Virus record (IMG/VR): IMGVR_UViG_3300032144_000020
Location: 1-46,577 of that record
Length of the DNA stretch: 46,577 nucleotides
Reading direction: 5' to 3' (one strand)
Origin: a virus
Below are positions 17,463 to 25,887 of this stretch, in pieces; within the stretch, counting starts at the first letter, position 1, and every line of letters starts with the position of its first letter. Below the pieces are notes generated by a model. The model saw nothing but the letters and a program-made list of their open reading frames with translations. It searched no databases and had not been told where the DNA came from. The position numbers and the translations under genes were made by a program.

Positions 17463-17491
17463 GCCAGAGGAGAAGTGACGCAAACGTTGGT

Positions 17492-18079
17492 CTAGGTGAA
17501 TCCGCCGTTGCGGCCGACTGCCTGACACAGGAGGCCCTGGTGCAGGAACACCTTGCGGAGGCGCTTCGTGGTCAGCGCGGCGTTGGAGAAGCCGAGCAGC
17601 ATCGCCACGACGACCTCGTTGGAGAGGATGATCGGGTCGAAGGTGTTGGTCTTGGTCGCGGCGTTCGAGCCGTACACCGTGAGGGGCGTCCCGGGGTTCG
17701 AAGAGGTCGTGTTCGCCCGGTGGACGTACGCCTCGCAGACCCCGAAGATCTGGCAGTTGACCGGACTGTTGTCGGCCACGGAATCGTCGAGCACGACGCC
17801 CCACATGCCGCCGCGCTGGATCGAAGATCCAGAGGCGTCGTTGGAGATCGGGTCGATGACCGTGTTCCATATCGTGTCGTTCGACGCGCCGGGGATGTAG
17901 CTGTTCGCGTCGTTCGTGGCGATCTCGGTCGCCTCGCCGGGGGTGAACGCGATCTGGATGACCTCGCCCTTTGAGACCGTGCGGCCGGTGCGGTTCCAGA
18001 ACTTGCCGCGGTCCTTGATCGGCCAGATACCGCCGACGACATCCGGGCCCTTGGTGGGCTTCTCGAAGAAGATACCCAT
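17492..18079 (-). CDS. Capsid decoration/cement-like protein candidate, 195 aa
   Basis: It lies immediately downstream of the capsid gene. GMWGVVLDDSVADNSPVNCQIFGVCEAYV resembles the G-V-x...G-V core of DUF2190-type decoration proteins, but this is a weak call from memory. Confidence 0.35.
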   Translation of the reverse strand: MGIFFEKPTKGPDVVGGIWPIKDRGKFWNRTGRTVSKGEVIQIAFTPGEATEIATNDANSYIPGASNDTIWNTVIDPISNDASGSSIQRGGMWGVVLDDSVADNSPVNCQIFGVCEAYVHRANTTSSNPGTPLTVYGSNAATKTNTFDPIILSNEVVVAMLLGFSNAALTTKRLRKVFLHQGLLCQAVGRNGGFT

Positions 18080-18097
18080 GTGATCTTGTCTTCTTGG

Positions 18098-19345
18098 CTA
18101 GGTGTAGAGGGAGGTGTAGACGCTCTGGCCGGGGCGCACGAGCGCCTGGCGGATGCGGGATGTGCACTGGAGGTTGCCCCAGATGAACACCGGCATCACG
18201 AACGTGTCCGGGTCGTTGTAGTGCTCGCGCACCTTCCCGCGCTCGAAGAACATGTCCTCGTCGAAGTACGGGTACAGGTAGTTCGAGTTGATGAAGTAGA
18301 AGCGCGGGCCCGCGCCGTTCTTCGCAGCGGAGCTGGACTCCGCCACGTTGTTCGTGGCGACGCCGCCACCTTCCGACGGGTACAGCGTGGCCGTGTTGAG
18401 CGCGGTCACGTACTTGACCGGGATGAAGTTGAAGCAGGGGTCGGGGACCGCGGGGTCCTGGCGGCCCTGGACCACGAAGAGGTCCTGAGCGGCGCGGAGC
18501 GCGATCGTGTAGGCCGTCTGACCCATCTCCGACGTGAAGATCTGCTGGTTGTTGTAGCCCGGGTTAGAGAAGTACTCACCCGACTGCGGCGGCTTCTCGA
18601 AGTGGACCCGCTTCCACGCCTTGTCGAGCGCCGCGAGCAGGTTGCCCGACGCCAGGAGCTTGTCTTGGGTCGTGATCTCGTTCGTGTACACGAGCACGGG
18701 GTGCTTGTAGCGGTCCTGACCGCGCGTGGTGCTCGTCGGGTCGAAGCCGTGGACGGTCGTCCACTGGGTGCCGGCCGTGCCCGAGTTGTTGAACAGGCCG
18801 TTCGTGTACTCGTTGATGAACGCGGGGATCGAGTAGAACTTGCCCTCGGTGCCGCCCGCGGCGGCCTCCATCTCGGTGAAGTCAGGCTCGCTCCAGACGT
18901 GGGACTCGTCGAAGTCCCAGTAGTCGGTCCACATCATTTGTTCGAGGTGGTGGCGATGGTCCACGAACTGGTGGAACATGCGCGTCGGGTCGCCGAAGCG
19001 AGCGCCCTCGTTGTGCATGATGACCTGGCGCGTCCAGGCCATGTGCGACTCGCGGTAGCGCATCTTCGACGCGCCGTGCACGAGCTTCTGGGGCTGCTGC
19101 CAGGTGCGCGTCTCTCCGGGCTGGACGTGCTTGGTGACCTGGCCCGTCTGGAAGAAGGTGGCGAAGCGCACCTCCGACCCGCCGGTGACCATCTTCTTCA
19201 TGCCGCGGTCGCCGCCCATGAGCGCACCCGTGGAGTAGGTGCGATGGATCTGCGCGTCGTTGATGACGGCATCCGGAGACGTCAGGTACAGAGGCCCCTG
19301 AGCCTCCATGAAGTTGTTGAACAGGGTTACTGCGGATCCGCTCAT
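18098..19345 (-). CDS. Major capsid protein candidate, 415 aa
   Basis: Its size and its position directly after the scaffold-like ORF, followed by a decoration-like ORF and a hairpin, support the call. No motif-level recognition. Confidence 0.65.
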   Translation of the reverse strand: MSGSAVTLFNNFMEAQGPLYLTSPDAVINDAQIHRTYSTGALMGGDRGMKKMVTGGSEVRFATFFQTGQVTKHVQPGETRTWQQPQKLVHGASKMRYRESHMAWTRQVIMHNEGARFGDPTRMFHQFVDHRHHLEQMMWTDYWDFDESHVWSEPDFTEMEAAAGGTEGKFYSIPAFINEYTNGLFNNSGTAGTQWTTVHGFDPTSTTRGQDRYKHPVLVYTNEITTQDKLLASGNLLAALDKAWKRVHFEKPPQSGEYFSNPGYNNQQIFTSEMGQTAYTIALRAAQDLFVVQGRQDPAVPDPCFNFIPVKYVTALNTATLYPSEGGGVATNNVAESSSAAKNGAGPRFYFINSNYLYPYFDEDMFFERGKVREHYNDPDTFVMPVFIWGNLQCTSRIRQALVRPGQSVYTSLYT

Positions 19346-19359
19346 GGCTTACCTGTGCG

Positions 19360-20265
19360 CTAGTGGACTCGGAGCTGGCGCGCGACCTTCTTCGCGCCCG
19401 CGAGATCGTCGGGGTTCTTCAGGAGGTGGTCGAAGATGGCCTTAGACTTCTCCTCCGGAGAGAGCTTGCGTTCGGCCTTGGAGCGCGAGGGGTTGGTCAT
19501 CTGACTCGCCTTCACGCGCTCGGCCTCTTCCTCCACCTCGTCCTCCTCCTCGGGCTCCTTGTCGGCGACCATCTCCCCGTAGAGGGTGTCGGCGACGTGA
19601 TCGTAGTACTCCTCGGGCGTCTCGAACTTATTCGGCTCGGACGTGGCGAGGGCTTCCGCCTGGGCCTGGACCATCTTCCAGGCACCGTCCTGCTTCAGTA
19701 GGTGCTCGTACTTCTCGCCGACGCGCGAGCGGTTGGACTTCGAGGCGAGGTCTTTGCCGCGCTTCGAGGCCTCGGCGATGATCTGCTCCATCTGCTCGGT
19801 GCGCTTGAGGAGCGGCGCCAGCACTGAGCCGAAGGCGGTGGAGAGTGCGGCGGCCTCGTCCTCGCCGAACTGCTCCGCGAGGTAGGCCTTCACGGCCTCC
19901 ATCGGATCCTTCGCCGGCTCCGCCTTCTTCTCGACCGGCTTCTCGCGCTCGGCGATCTTCGTCGAGAGTTCCTTGACCTGCTTCGTCAGGGACTCGACGT
20001 CGGCCTCAGGCTTCGGAGCGGCTTTGGCCTTCTCGGCCTTGGGCTTCTTCGCCGGCTTCTCGGGAGCGGCCTCGGGCTCTGGCTCCGCCTCGACGTCGCC
20101 TGCACGCTCAGCCTTCTCCTTGGCGAGCGCGGCGTCGAAGTGGGCCTTGGCCTGGGCGAGCGGGTCTGCCTTCTCCGCGGACTTGCCAGCCGCGGGACCC
20201 CCGGTTGCTTCGATCTTCTTGTCCATCAAGACCGGAAGTAGAGTCTCCCAAGACTCCCGGTCCAT
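19360..20265 (-). CDS. Scaffolding protein candidate, 301 aa
   Basis: It is rich in Ala/Glu/Lys and helical, with the low-complexity stretch EPEPEAAPEKPAKKPKAEKAKAAPKPEA. It lies between portal and capsid. The track N-extension to 20631 is Arg/Pro rich and overlaps three small ORFs, so ATG 20265 (or 20226) was chosen. Confidence 0.65.
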   Translation of the reverse strand: MDRESWETLLPVLMDKKIEATGGPAAGKSAEKADPLAQAKAHFDAALAKEKAERAGDVEAEPEPEAAPEKPAKKPKAEKAKAAPKPEADVESLTKQVKELSTKIAEREKPVEKKAEPAKDPMEAVKAYLAEQFGEDEAAALSTAFGSVLAPLLKRTEQMEQIIAEASKRGKDLASKSNRSRVGEKYEHLLKQDGAWKMVQAQAEALATSEPNKFETPEEYYDHVADTLYGEMVADKEPEEEDEVEEEAERVKASQMTNPSRSKAERKLSPEEKSKAIFDHLLKNPDDLAGAKKVARQLRVH

Positions 20266-20282
20266 AATGTGACAAGGATTGA

Positions 20283-20516
20283 CTAGTCGGGGTCGTAGCG
20301 GACGTTGCGCTGGTCTTTGTCCTGGAGGCGCTTGGCGATCTCCTGGGCCTCGTGGCGGGACGTGAAGTAGACGCGCCCCTTCAGCGGCCCGCTCTGGACG
20401 TGGCGGATCTTGCCGGAGCCGTCGTCCCAGCCAACCGGGAGCTGAAACGACACTCCGCCGTCCGTCCCGCCACGCTTGGCGATGTGGATACGCCGGGCAC
20501 GGCCACCTCGGGGCAC
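20283..20516 (-). CDS. Hypothetical protein, 77 aa
   Basis: The GTG at 20516 shares one base with the upstream TAG. It is tightly packed. Confidence 0.45.
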   Translation of the reverse strand: MPRGGRARRIHIAKRGGTDGGVSFQLPVGWDDGSGKIRHVQSGPLKGRVYFTSRHEAQEIAKRLQDKDQRNVRYDPD

Positions 20517-20725
20517 TAGCGGATCCTCCGCTTGCCCTCGCCGTACCGACGAGAGTCCGTGGTCTCCTTGTAGACCTTGAAGCCGGCCGCCTTGGCGTCG
20601 TCCTTGTTGGCCAGTTCCATGGACTGCCCACGGAAGGCCGCCCTGCCGAGCTTCGACGAGTACTCGCCGACGCTCTGGCCAGTCATGTCCTGGCCGTGGG
20701 CGCGCTGGAAGCGACTGGAAGGCAT
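20516..20725 (-). CDS. Hypothetical protein, 69 aa
   Basis: Track ORF in an operon-consistent position. I verified 70 codons by hand. Confidence 0.45.
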   Translation of the reverse strand: MPSSRFQRAHGQDMTGQSVGEYSSKLGRAAFRGQSMELANKDDAKAAGFKVYKETTDSRRYGEGKRRIR

Positions 20726-20729
20726 GGGG

Positions 20730-20915
20730 CTACCGTCCGTTTCCGTTGGAGAAGTTCATCTGCGGGGCGCTCTTGCCGGTGTGGCCCTTGGGGGCTTCGC
20801 CGGTGAACTCGTTACAGGGGCGCGTCGCCTCACCCTTCTCGGCCGCCTCGCTGGAGGCCGGCTTGGTGATGCACTTGTAGTCCACGCCCTTCTCGAAGTT
20901 CTGCATCGTGCTCAT
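20730..20915 (-). CDS. Hypothetical protein, 61 aa
   Basis: ATG 20915 is preceded by GGGAGGAAATAACAC, a strong SD that lies inside the portal 3-prime end. Confidence 0.55.
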   Translation of the reverse strand: MSTMQNFEKGVDYKCITKPASSEAAEKGEATRPCNEFTGEAPKGHTGKSAPQMNFSNGNGR

Positions 20916-20918
20916 GTG

Positions 20919-22802
20919 TTATTTCCTCCCTGAGGGGGTGCTGTGGGTCTCTTTGCTGGTCCCCGCCGAGCGAGGTCCTTTGTTTTGTTGCGCCCTGGAG
21001 TTCTTCGAGAAGCCGGCCGGCGTCTCCGAGGCCTTGAGGCTCGGGGCGGGCTGGATGTCGGCTCCTAGGCGCGGCTGCGGCGTCTGCTGGCCAGGGATCC
21101 CCTGGAGGTTCATCTGGGTCATCATCTGGCCGAAGACCATCGCCTTGTTCACGTTGACGACCTTCGCCCAGGAGGGGTCGCGCCACTGCTCAGCCTTCTT
21201 GGCGAGCACCTGCGCCCACTCGATCCACGGCATCTGCGGGATCATGGGGCCGAAGGTGCCGATCCAGGCGTCCTGCTGGGCGCTGATCTCCGACTCCAGC
21301 AGCTCGGAGGTGAACCGCATAGACGTCGGCTCGATCTCCATGTCCATGTCCTCCAGGAGGTCGGCGTACTTGAGCCCGCCCTCCAGGACCGGGTACTCGA
21401 TCGGCTCGCCCGTCGTCGGGTCGAGGAAGACCCCCTCCGCCTCAGGCCCGAGAGCGATAGAGGCCTTGGGGTGCATGGCGAGGATCCAGGCCTCCTTGGC
21501 GGCGATCGGCTTCACGACGCTCGTCGTGAACTTCTCGGCCATGAATCCCATACGCTTACCGCTCGACATCTGGGCGATCGAGGCCTCCGTCGCCGTCGAG
21601 GCGCCTGTCGCCTGCCCCATCGCGGCTTCCGTGAGGCCGGACGCCTGCTCTAGGTTCTGGGAGAGCACCTGGAGCATCGTGAGGTGCTGGGGCGTGAGGC
21701 CGCCCTTCTCGATCTCGATGATGGCCTTGGAGACGTCCTCGGCGAGCCCCTCAACCTCGAAGACGTCCTGATCCTCGAACTCCTTGATCTTCTCCGCGAT
21801 GTCCGCCGACGCCGACGAGGAGACAGCCACCCCGCGCTTGTAGCGGCGGATGGCCTCCACGGCCGCGTTCCAGACAGAGGCGTGGATCTCTGCCTGCGCT
21901 GCGGTGGCGGTGAGCGGTGAGAGCAGCACTGCGCGGTCGGGGACGTAGAGGTAGCCAGAGAACGTGTACGGGCCGTCGCGCGGCCCCCAGTAGGGGCGCG
22001 GCTCGCGGATCCAGTCCATCGAGCCCTTGGCGACCGTGAAGATGGTCCCGTGGTAGCCGCGCTCGGACGTCGGGATGAACTTCTTCCCGGCCTCCGTCTT
22101 CGCAGACTCCAGCTCCGCCTCGGGCACCCAGAACTCCCAGTACTCCACCTCGTCGCGGTCGTAGGTCGCCTCCAGCTTCTCGCCGCGCAGCTCACGGTCG
22201 GGCTTGCCTGAGAGGCCCTCGATCGCCTCGACGTTCCAGCCGCGTCCGGGGAACTCCTTCGCCTCCTTCAGGAGCGAGTCCTGGTCGCGGATGATCCGGT
22301 GGCCCTGGTAGCGGGCCTCCGAATGCTGGAGGGCTACCGGGTCCCAGAGGTAGTCCATGAGGGACATCCTCTTCGTCGTCGGTCGGTAGGGCGGGTCCTC
22401 GCGTTCCAGGAGCCCGGCCACTGGGCGGGCGGTCGTGAACGCCACACACCACTTGAAGGCCCAGTCAGTCGCTAGCTGTTCGATCGTGCGCTTGGCGTTG
22501 GTCAGCTCGAAGTTCCGGTTGACTCCGAACTCGACCGCCTTGCAGATGGCGGCGGCGCTACCCTGGCGCGGCGTCTTCGTACGGATGCGGGGGTTCCCCG
22601 AGGCGAGGATCGGCAGGAAGAGGGACAGCCACTTGTAAGCGTGGTTGTCGAAGTCAATGTCCGTGCGCCCGGTCGTCCGGTAGCCGGGGCCGACGTACCG
22701 CTGGATGGAGTCGTAGTAGGACTCTCCCAGGAACCTGTCCCGGTGTTCCCTGGCCTTGCGGCCCTCCATGTCGAGCCCCTGAGCGGTGAGGTCCAGCGCC
22801 AC
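20919..22802 (-). CDS. Portal protein candidate, 627 aa
   Basis: Its size and its position upstream of scaffold and capsid support the call. It has an acidic core and a Gln/Pro/Ser-rich C-terminal tail. The start is GTG 22802 or ATG 22769 (AGGGG 7 nt upstream). Confidence 0.7.
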   Translation of the reverse strand: MALDLTAQGLDMEGRKAREHRDRFLGESYYDSIQRYVGPGYRTTGRTDIDFDNHAYKWLSLFLPILASGNPRIRTKTPRQGSAAAICKAVEFGVNRNFELTNAKRTIEQLATDWAFKWCVAFTTARPVAGLLEREDPPYRPTTKRMSLMDYLWDPVALQHSEARYQGHRIIRDQDSLLKEAKEFPGRGWNVEAIEGLSGKPDRELRGEKLEATYDRDEVEYWEFWVPEAELESAKTEAGKKFIPTSERGYHGTIFTVAKGSMDWIREPRPYWGPRDGPYTFSGYLYVPDRAVLLSPLTATAAQAEIHASVWNAAVEAIRRYKRGVAVSSSASADIAEKIKEFEDQDVFEVEGLAEDVSKAIIEIEKGGLTPQHLTMLQVLSQNLEQASGLTEAAMGQATGASTATEASIAQMSSGKRMGFMAEKFTTSVVKPIAAKEAWILAMHPKASIALGPEAEGVFLDPTTGEPIEYPVLEGGLKYADLLEDMDMEIEPTSMRFTSELLESEISAQQDAWIGTFGPMIPQMPWIEWAQVLAKKAEQWRDPSWAKVVNVNKAMVFGQMMTQMNLQGIPGQQTPQPRLGADIQPAPSLKASETPAGFSKNSRAQQNKGPRSAGTSKETHSTPSGRK

Positions 22803-22835
22803 AGTTTGAGACTGTAGCCCGACCTCTCCGAGCGG

Positions 22836-23384
22836 CTACTTTGTGACAAAGCGGCTGCGAGCCCTGGCTAGGTCCTCGGCCGTGTTCACCATGATCAGGT
22901 CGTCGGGAACGAGCGGGATGTTCACAGCGTGAGCCTTGAACCAGTCGTGGCCTGCGTGCTCATCGACGCCGCCGAGCGAGAGGCCGCAGAGCCTCCAGAT
23001 CTCCTGGCCTCCCCCGTGGAGCGCGCTTGGAACAAAGACGGGCGAGACGTGCTCGGCTGCCTGCTGGATCCACTTCGGCTCCAGGAATGGCGAGTCGCCA
23101 CAGACGCGGATCATCTTGTCGGCCCCCGTGGCGTCGAGGAGCGCCAGGTAGCGGGCGAGGGTGTTCTCCTCTGGTCCGCGCAGGAACGGGATCCGCTTCT
23201 GGCGCAGGAACCAGGCTAGCTCGTCGTCTCGGGGCGTGTCGGGGATGAGGACGAAGCGCTCGTAGGCGTCGCCACAGGCCTCCAGGACGCGCTCCAGGAG
23301 GGTCTTGCCGCAGATGGGCATGAGGACCTTCGCGGGGAGCCGCGTGGATCCTAGGCGAGCCTGGACGCCTACAACGGTCCTCAC
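22836..23384 (-). CDS. SpsF/NeuA/PseF-type cytidylyltransferase (CMP-sugar synthetase family), 182 aa
   Basis: VVGVQARLGSTRLPAKVLMPICGKTLLERV is the hallmark ARxGSxRLPxKxL motif of CTP_transf_3 enzymes, and IRVCGDSPFLEP follows. The GTG at 23384 overlaps the upstream stop (GTGA). The track N-extension was rejected. Confidence 0.8.
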   Translation of the reverse strand: MRTVVGVQARLGSTRLPAKVLMPICGKTLLERVLEACGDAYERFVLIPDTPRDDELAWFLRQKRIPFLRGPEENTLARYLALLDATGADKMIRVCGDSPFLEPKWIQQAAEHVSPVFVPSALHGGGQEIWRLCGLSLGGVDEHAGHDWFKAHAVNIPLVPDDLIMVNTAEDLARARSRFVTK

Positions 23385-24130
23385 GCCGTGATCGCCTTCG
23401 GGGAGCGCCACTCGAACTCGCACCCGACGAGCTTCGCGCGGGCCTCCAGCTCCTTCAGGTGCCGGCGCTCGTGCGCCCAGCGCTTGAACTTGCCGGGGTT
23501 CCCCTTGGCGAGCAGTTCGTTGAGCATCACCTGGAGGTTGTCCCGCATGACCTCGTATGTCTTGTTCTTGCCCCCCGAGGCGTTGAGCTGCTTCTGGGCC
23601 GAGGAGAGCTGGCGCTTGTACTGCTCCAGCTCGCTCTGGTGCATCTCGCACTCCTCCTCCGTCAGGCCTGGGGCCCAGGACCCCATCATGTCGGCGCAGA
23701 GGACGCGCACGCGCTCGGGGCGGAAGAGCATGATCCGCTCCAGCGCCATGAGGAGCGCGAAGCCGTGCCGGCGCGTCGTCGGGTCTTCTGTGTCCACCGT
23801 TCCCGTAGGCGTCGTCCGGACCCCTATGGAGGCCGGCAGGAAGGGTTCCCACAGCGTCACGAAGTCGAGGAGCTGCAAGACGCCGCCCTCACGCAGTAGG
23901 TTCGAGCGCGGGCACCACACCTGGAGCGGGGGCGTCAGGTACTTCTCCAGCTTGAGGTTGGGAACGACGTGGGAGGGCGGGTCCGCGAACATGGCGAAGT
24001 CCACGCCGATCCCCTTGTCGGTCACGTCGATCGCGCGGTTGATCGTGACGACCGGGGCCTCCTCTATGAGGTCGAGCTGCGTCAGGTGCTCACGGGATGG
24101 GCCACCGGAGATGACGTTCCACTTCTTCAC
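23381..24130 (-). CDS. DUF115/Maf-like putative glycosyl (nonulosonate) transferase, paralog B, 249 aa
   Basis: WNVISGGPSREH..VVTINRAIDV..VDFAMFADPP..RVLCADMMGSW..RWAHERRHL is a paralog of 1388..2026. The GTG at 24130 overlaps the upstream stop (GTGA). Confidence 0.5.
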   Translation of the reverse strand: MKKWNVISGGPSREHLTQLDLIEEAPVVTINRAIDVTDKGIGVDFAMFADPPSHVVPNLKLEKYLTPPLQVWCPRSNLLREGGVLQLLDFVTLWEPFLPASIGVRTTPTGTVDTEDPTTRRHGFALLMALERIMLFRPERVRVLCADMMGSWAPGLTEEECEMHQSELEQYKRQLSSAQKQLNASGGKNKTYEVMRDNLQVMLNELLAKGNPGKFKRWAHERRHLKELEARAKLVGCEFEWRSPKAITA

Positions 24131-24396
24131 GGCTTGGCGTCGTACCCCTTCCGGAACCAGCGGTTGGCGAACTTCAGGAACTCGTGCGGGCCGTAGGCCT
24201 TGCCCATACGAGCGACCTGGGAGGCCTCCGCGATCATCTCGTCGCGGCACTTGGCTAGCGCAGCCTGGAGGCCAACGGGGGCCGTGCGCTGGCGCTGGTG
24301 CGGGGCCTGGGGGTGGGCGGTCGGACAATCGACGACGATAGGCTCTTCGGGCACTGGCTCTTCCTCTTCCTCAGGAAACAGGGGCTCGCTGCTCAT
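24127..24396 (-). CDS. Hypothetical acidic protein, 89 aa
   Basis: It begins at ATG 24396 (MSSEPLFPEEEEEPVPEEP...) and overlaps the dehydratase 3-prime end by 26 nt. No motif recognised. Confidence 0.45.
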   Translation of the reverse strand: MSSEPLFPEEEEEPVPEEPIVVDCPTAHPQAPHQRQRTAPVGLQAALAKCRDEMIAEASQVARMGKAYGPHEFLKFANRWFRKGYDAKP

Positions 24397-25276
24397 TACT
24401 CGTGTACCTCCACTGGCGGGCCGTAGAGCGCGGCCCGTGCGGTCGGATGATGAAGTAGCTCTCGCGCTCCTCGACCATCTGGCTCTCGTTTCCAGAGATG
24501 AGCGTCTCGTGGACCTTCTCCCCCACCGGCATCTCCTCCATCGCGGGCTCGGCGTCGGGGAGGATCGACTTGGCGAAGGCGTAGGCGGACGAGGCTGGGA
24601 GCTTCGGCACGAAGATCTCCCCGCCCTCCATGTCCGCGAGGCGCGCGAGCACGAAGGAGGCGGCGTCCTCGGCTGAGAGCCAGAAGCGCGTGCTCTCCAT
24701 GCTGCGGAGCGGGAAGGTCTTGGCACCCTTCTCCTTCAGCGTCCGCAGCGTCTCCAGGAAGCTGCCGCGCGAGCCCAGCACGTTCCCGTAACGGACGCAG
24801 GATAACTTCGTGCGCCCGATGTTGGCGTTGGAGGCGATGAACAGGCGCTCCATGCAGAGCTTGGTGGCCCCGTAGAGCGTCGTCGGCTCGACGGCCTTGT
24901 CTGTGGAGACGCCCATGACGCGCTCCACCCCCTCCTCGGCTGCGGCGAGGGCGACGTTCTGGGAGCCGAGGACGTTCGTCCTGACGTGCTCGAACGGGTT
25001 GGCCTCCCCGCTGGGGACGTGCTTGAGCGCTGCGGCCTGGACCACCGTATCGACGCCACGCATGGCGAGGCGCAGGCGGTCGTAGTCGCGCACGTCTCCG
25101 ATGAACCAGCGCAGGCGCTTGTCGTCGCCCAGCGCGCGCCGCATGTGGAACTGCTTGTGCTCGTCGCGGCTGAAGACGGCGAGGCGCTCAACCTCGCCGG
25201 TGGCGAGCGCGGCGGGGACGAAGGCGCTGCCGAACGTACCTGTCCCACCCAAAATCAGGACGTTACTCAAGTCCAC
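24371..25276 (-). CDS. pseB: UDP-GlcNAc 4,6-dehydratase, PseB/FlaA1 (CapD) family
   Basis: VLILGGTGTFGS, RWFIGDVRDYDRL, AAALKHVPSGEANPFEHVRTNVLGSQNV, STDKAVEPTTLYGATKLCMERLF, VRYGNVLGSRGS, TRFWLSAEDAASFV and GGEIFVPKLP are colinear with H. pylori FlaA1 as I remember it. The start is GTG 25276 or TTG 25270 (TTGA overlap). Confidence 0.85.
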   Translation of the reverse strand: MDLSNVLILGGTGTFGSAFVPAALATGEVERLAVFSRDEHKQFHMRRALGDDKRLRWFIGDVRDYDRLRLAMRGVDTVVQAAALKHVPSGEANPFEHVRTNVLGSQNVALAAAEEGVERVMGVSTDKAVEPTTLYGATKLCMERLFIASNANIGRTKLSCVRYGNVLGSRGSFLETLRTLKEKGAKTFPLRSMESTRFWLSAEDAASFVLARLADMEGGEIFVPKLPASSAYAFAKSILPDAEPAMEEMPVGEKVHETLISGNESQMVEERESYFIIRPHGPRSTARQWRYTSNEQRAPVS

Positions 25277-25887
25277 TCTTTCTCTGAGAGATTCGGGTAC
25301 TCCCCACGCTGCGGCTCGTTGTACTTCTTCGCCCACGAGAGGAGCCAGAGCCCACGTGCGGCGTCGGGCGGGGCAAGGTGCATATGCCAACCCCGCCCAA
25401 AGTTCTCCTGCTCGTCGAGCGATTTCCCGGGCTCGCGGCCATCGAAGCGCATCCTGCGCAGGCGGTCGGCCACCCAGGCGTCGTCGGTGAGGATCGCTCC
25501 CCCGCGCCCGATAGGGAGGGTCTTCGCTGCCTGGAACGAGAGGCAGACGAACTTCCCGGGCGTGTCGGCGTACATGTGCTCGTAGAACCACTTCGCCGAA
25601 TCGACGACGCCGATGGGTTCGATCTCGTAGCGGCCGAGCCACTCCTTGTCCGACCACTCGATGATGAGCCCCGCGTTGCGTGCCGCCTGGGCTACTCCGA
25701 CGTAGGTGTGCTTCGGTAGCGTCACGCGCCGGTCCCAGTCGTCGTCGAGCTTCGCCTCCTGAAAGCACAGGAACAGGGCGTTGGTGCAGGAGTCCACGGC
25801 GACGACGTGGGGGGCGCCCGTGTACGCCTCCAGGGCGCGCTCGAAGGCCTCCACGACTCGGTAGGGCTCTCGCGTGTCGAGCATCAT
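25267..25887 (-). CDS. DegT/DnrJ/EryC1 (PseC-like) aminotransferase-family protein, short form, 206 aa
   Basis: VEAFERALEAYTGAPHVVAVDSCTNALFL, TLPKHTYVGVAQAARNAGL and CLSFQAAKTLPIGRGGAILTDD (candidate PLP lysine) are present. It is about 150 aa shorter than canonical members. The ATG at 25887 overlaps the terL stop (ATGA). Confidence 0.65.
   Translation of the reverse strand: MMLDTREPYRVVEAFERALEAYTGAPHVVAVDSCTNALFLCFQEAKLDDDWDRRVTLPKHTYVGVAQAARNAGLIIEWSDKEWLGRYEIEPIGVVDSAKWFYEHMYADTPGKFVCLSFQAAKTLPIGRGGAILTDDAWVADRLRRMRFDGREPGKSLDEQENFGRGWHMHLAPPDAARGLWLLSWAKKYNEPQRGEYPNLSEKEWT

Noticed and set aside
18080-19363. 427-aa plus-strand ORF antisense to the capsid gene; also 25680..26894(+) antisense to terL and 40348..41649(-) antisense to the nuclease/HNH genes
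   Set aside because: Same reasoning: they have shadow-ORF composition, while the opposite strand carries motif-bearing genes in operon context.
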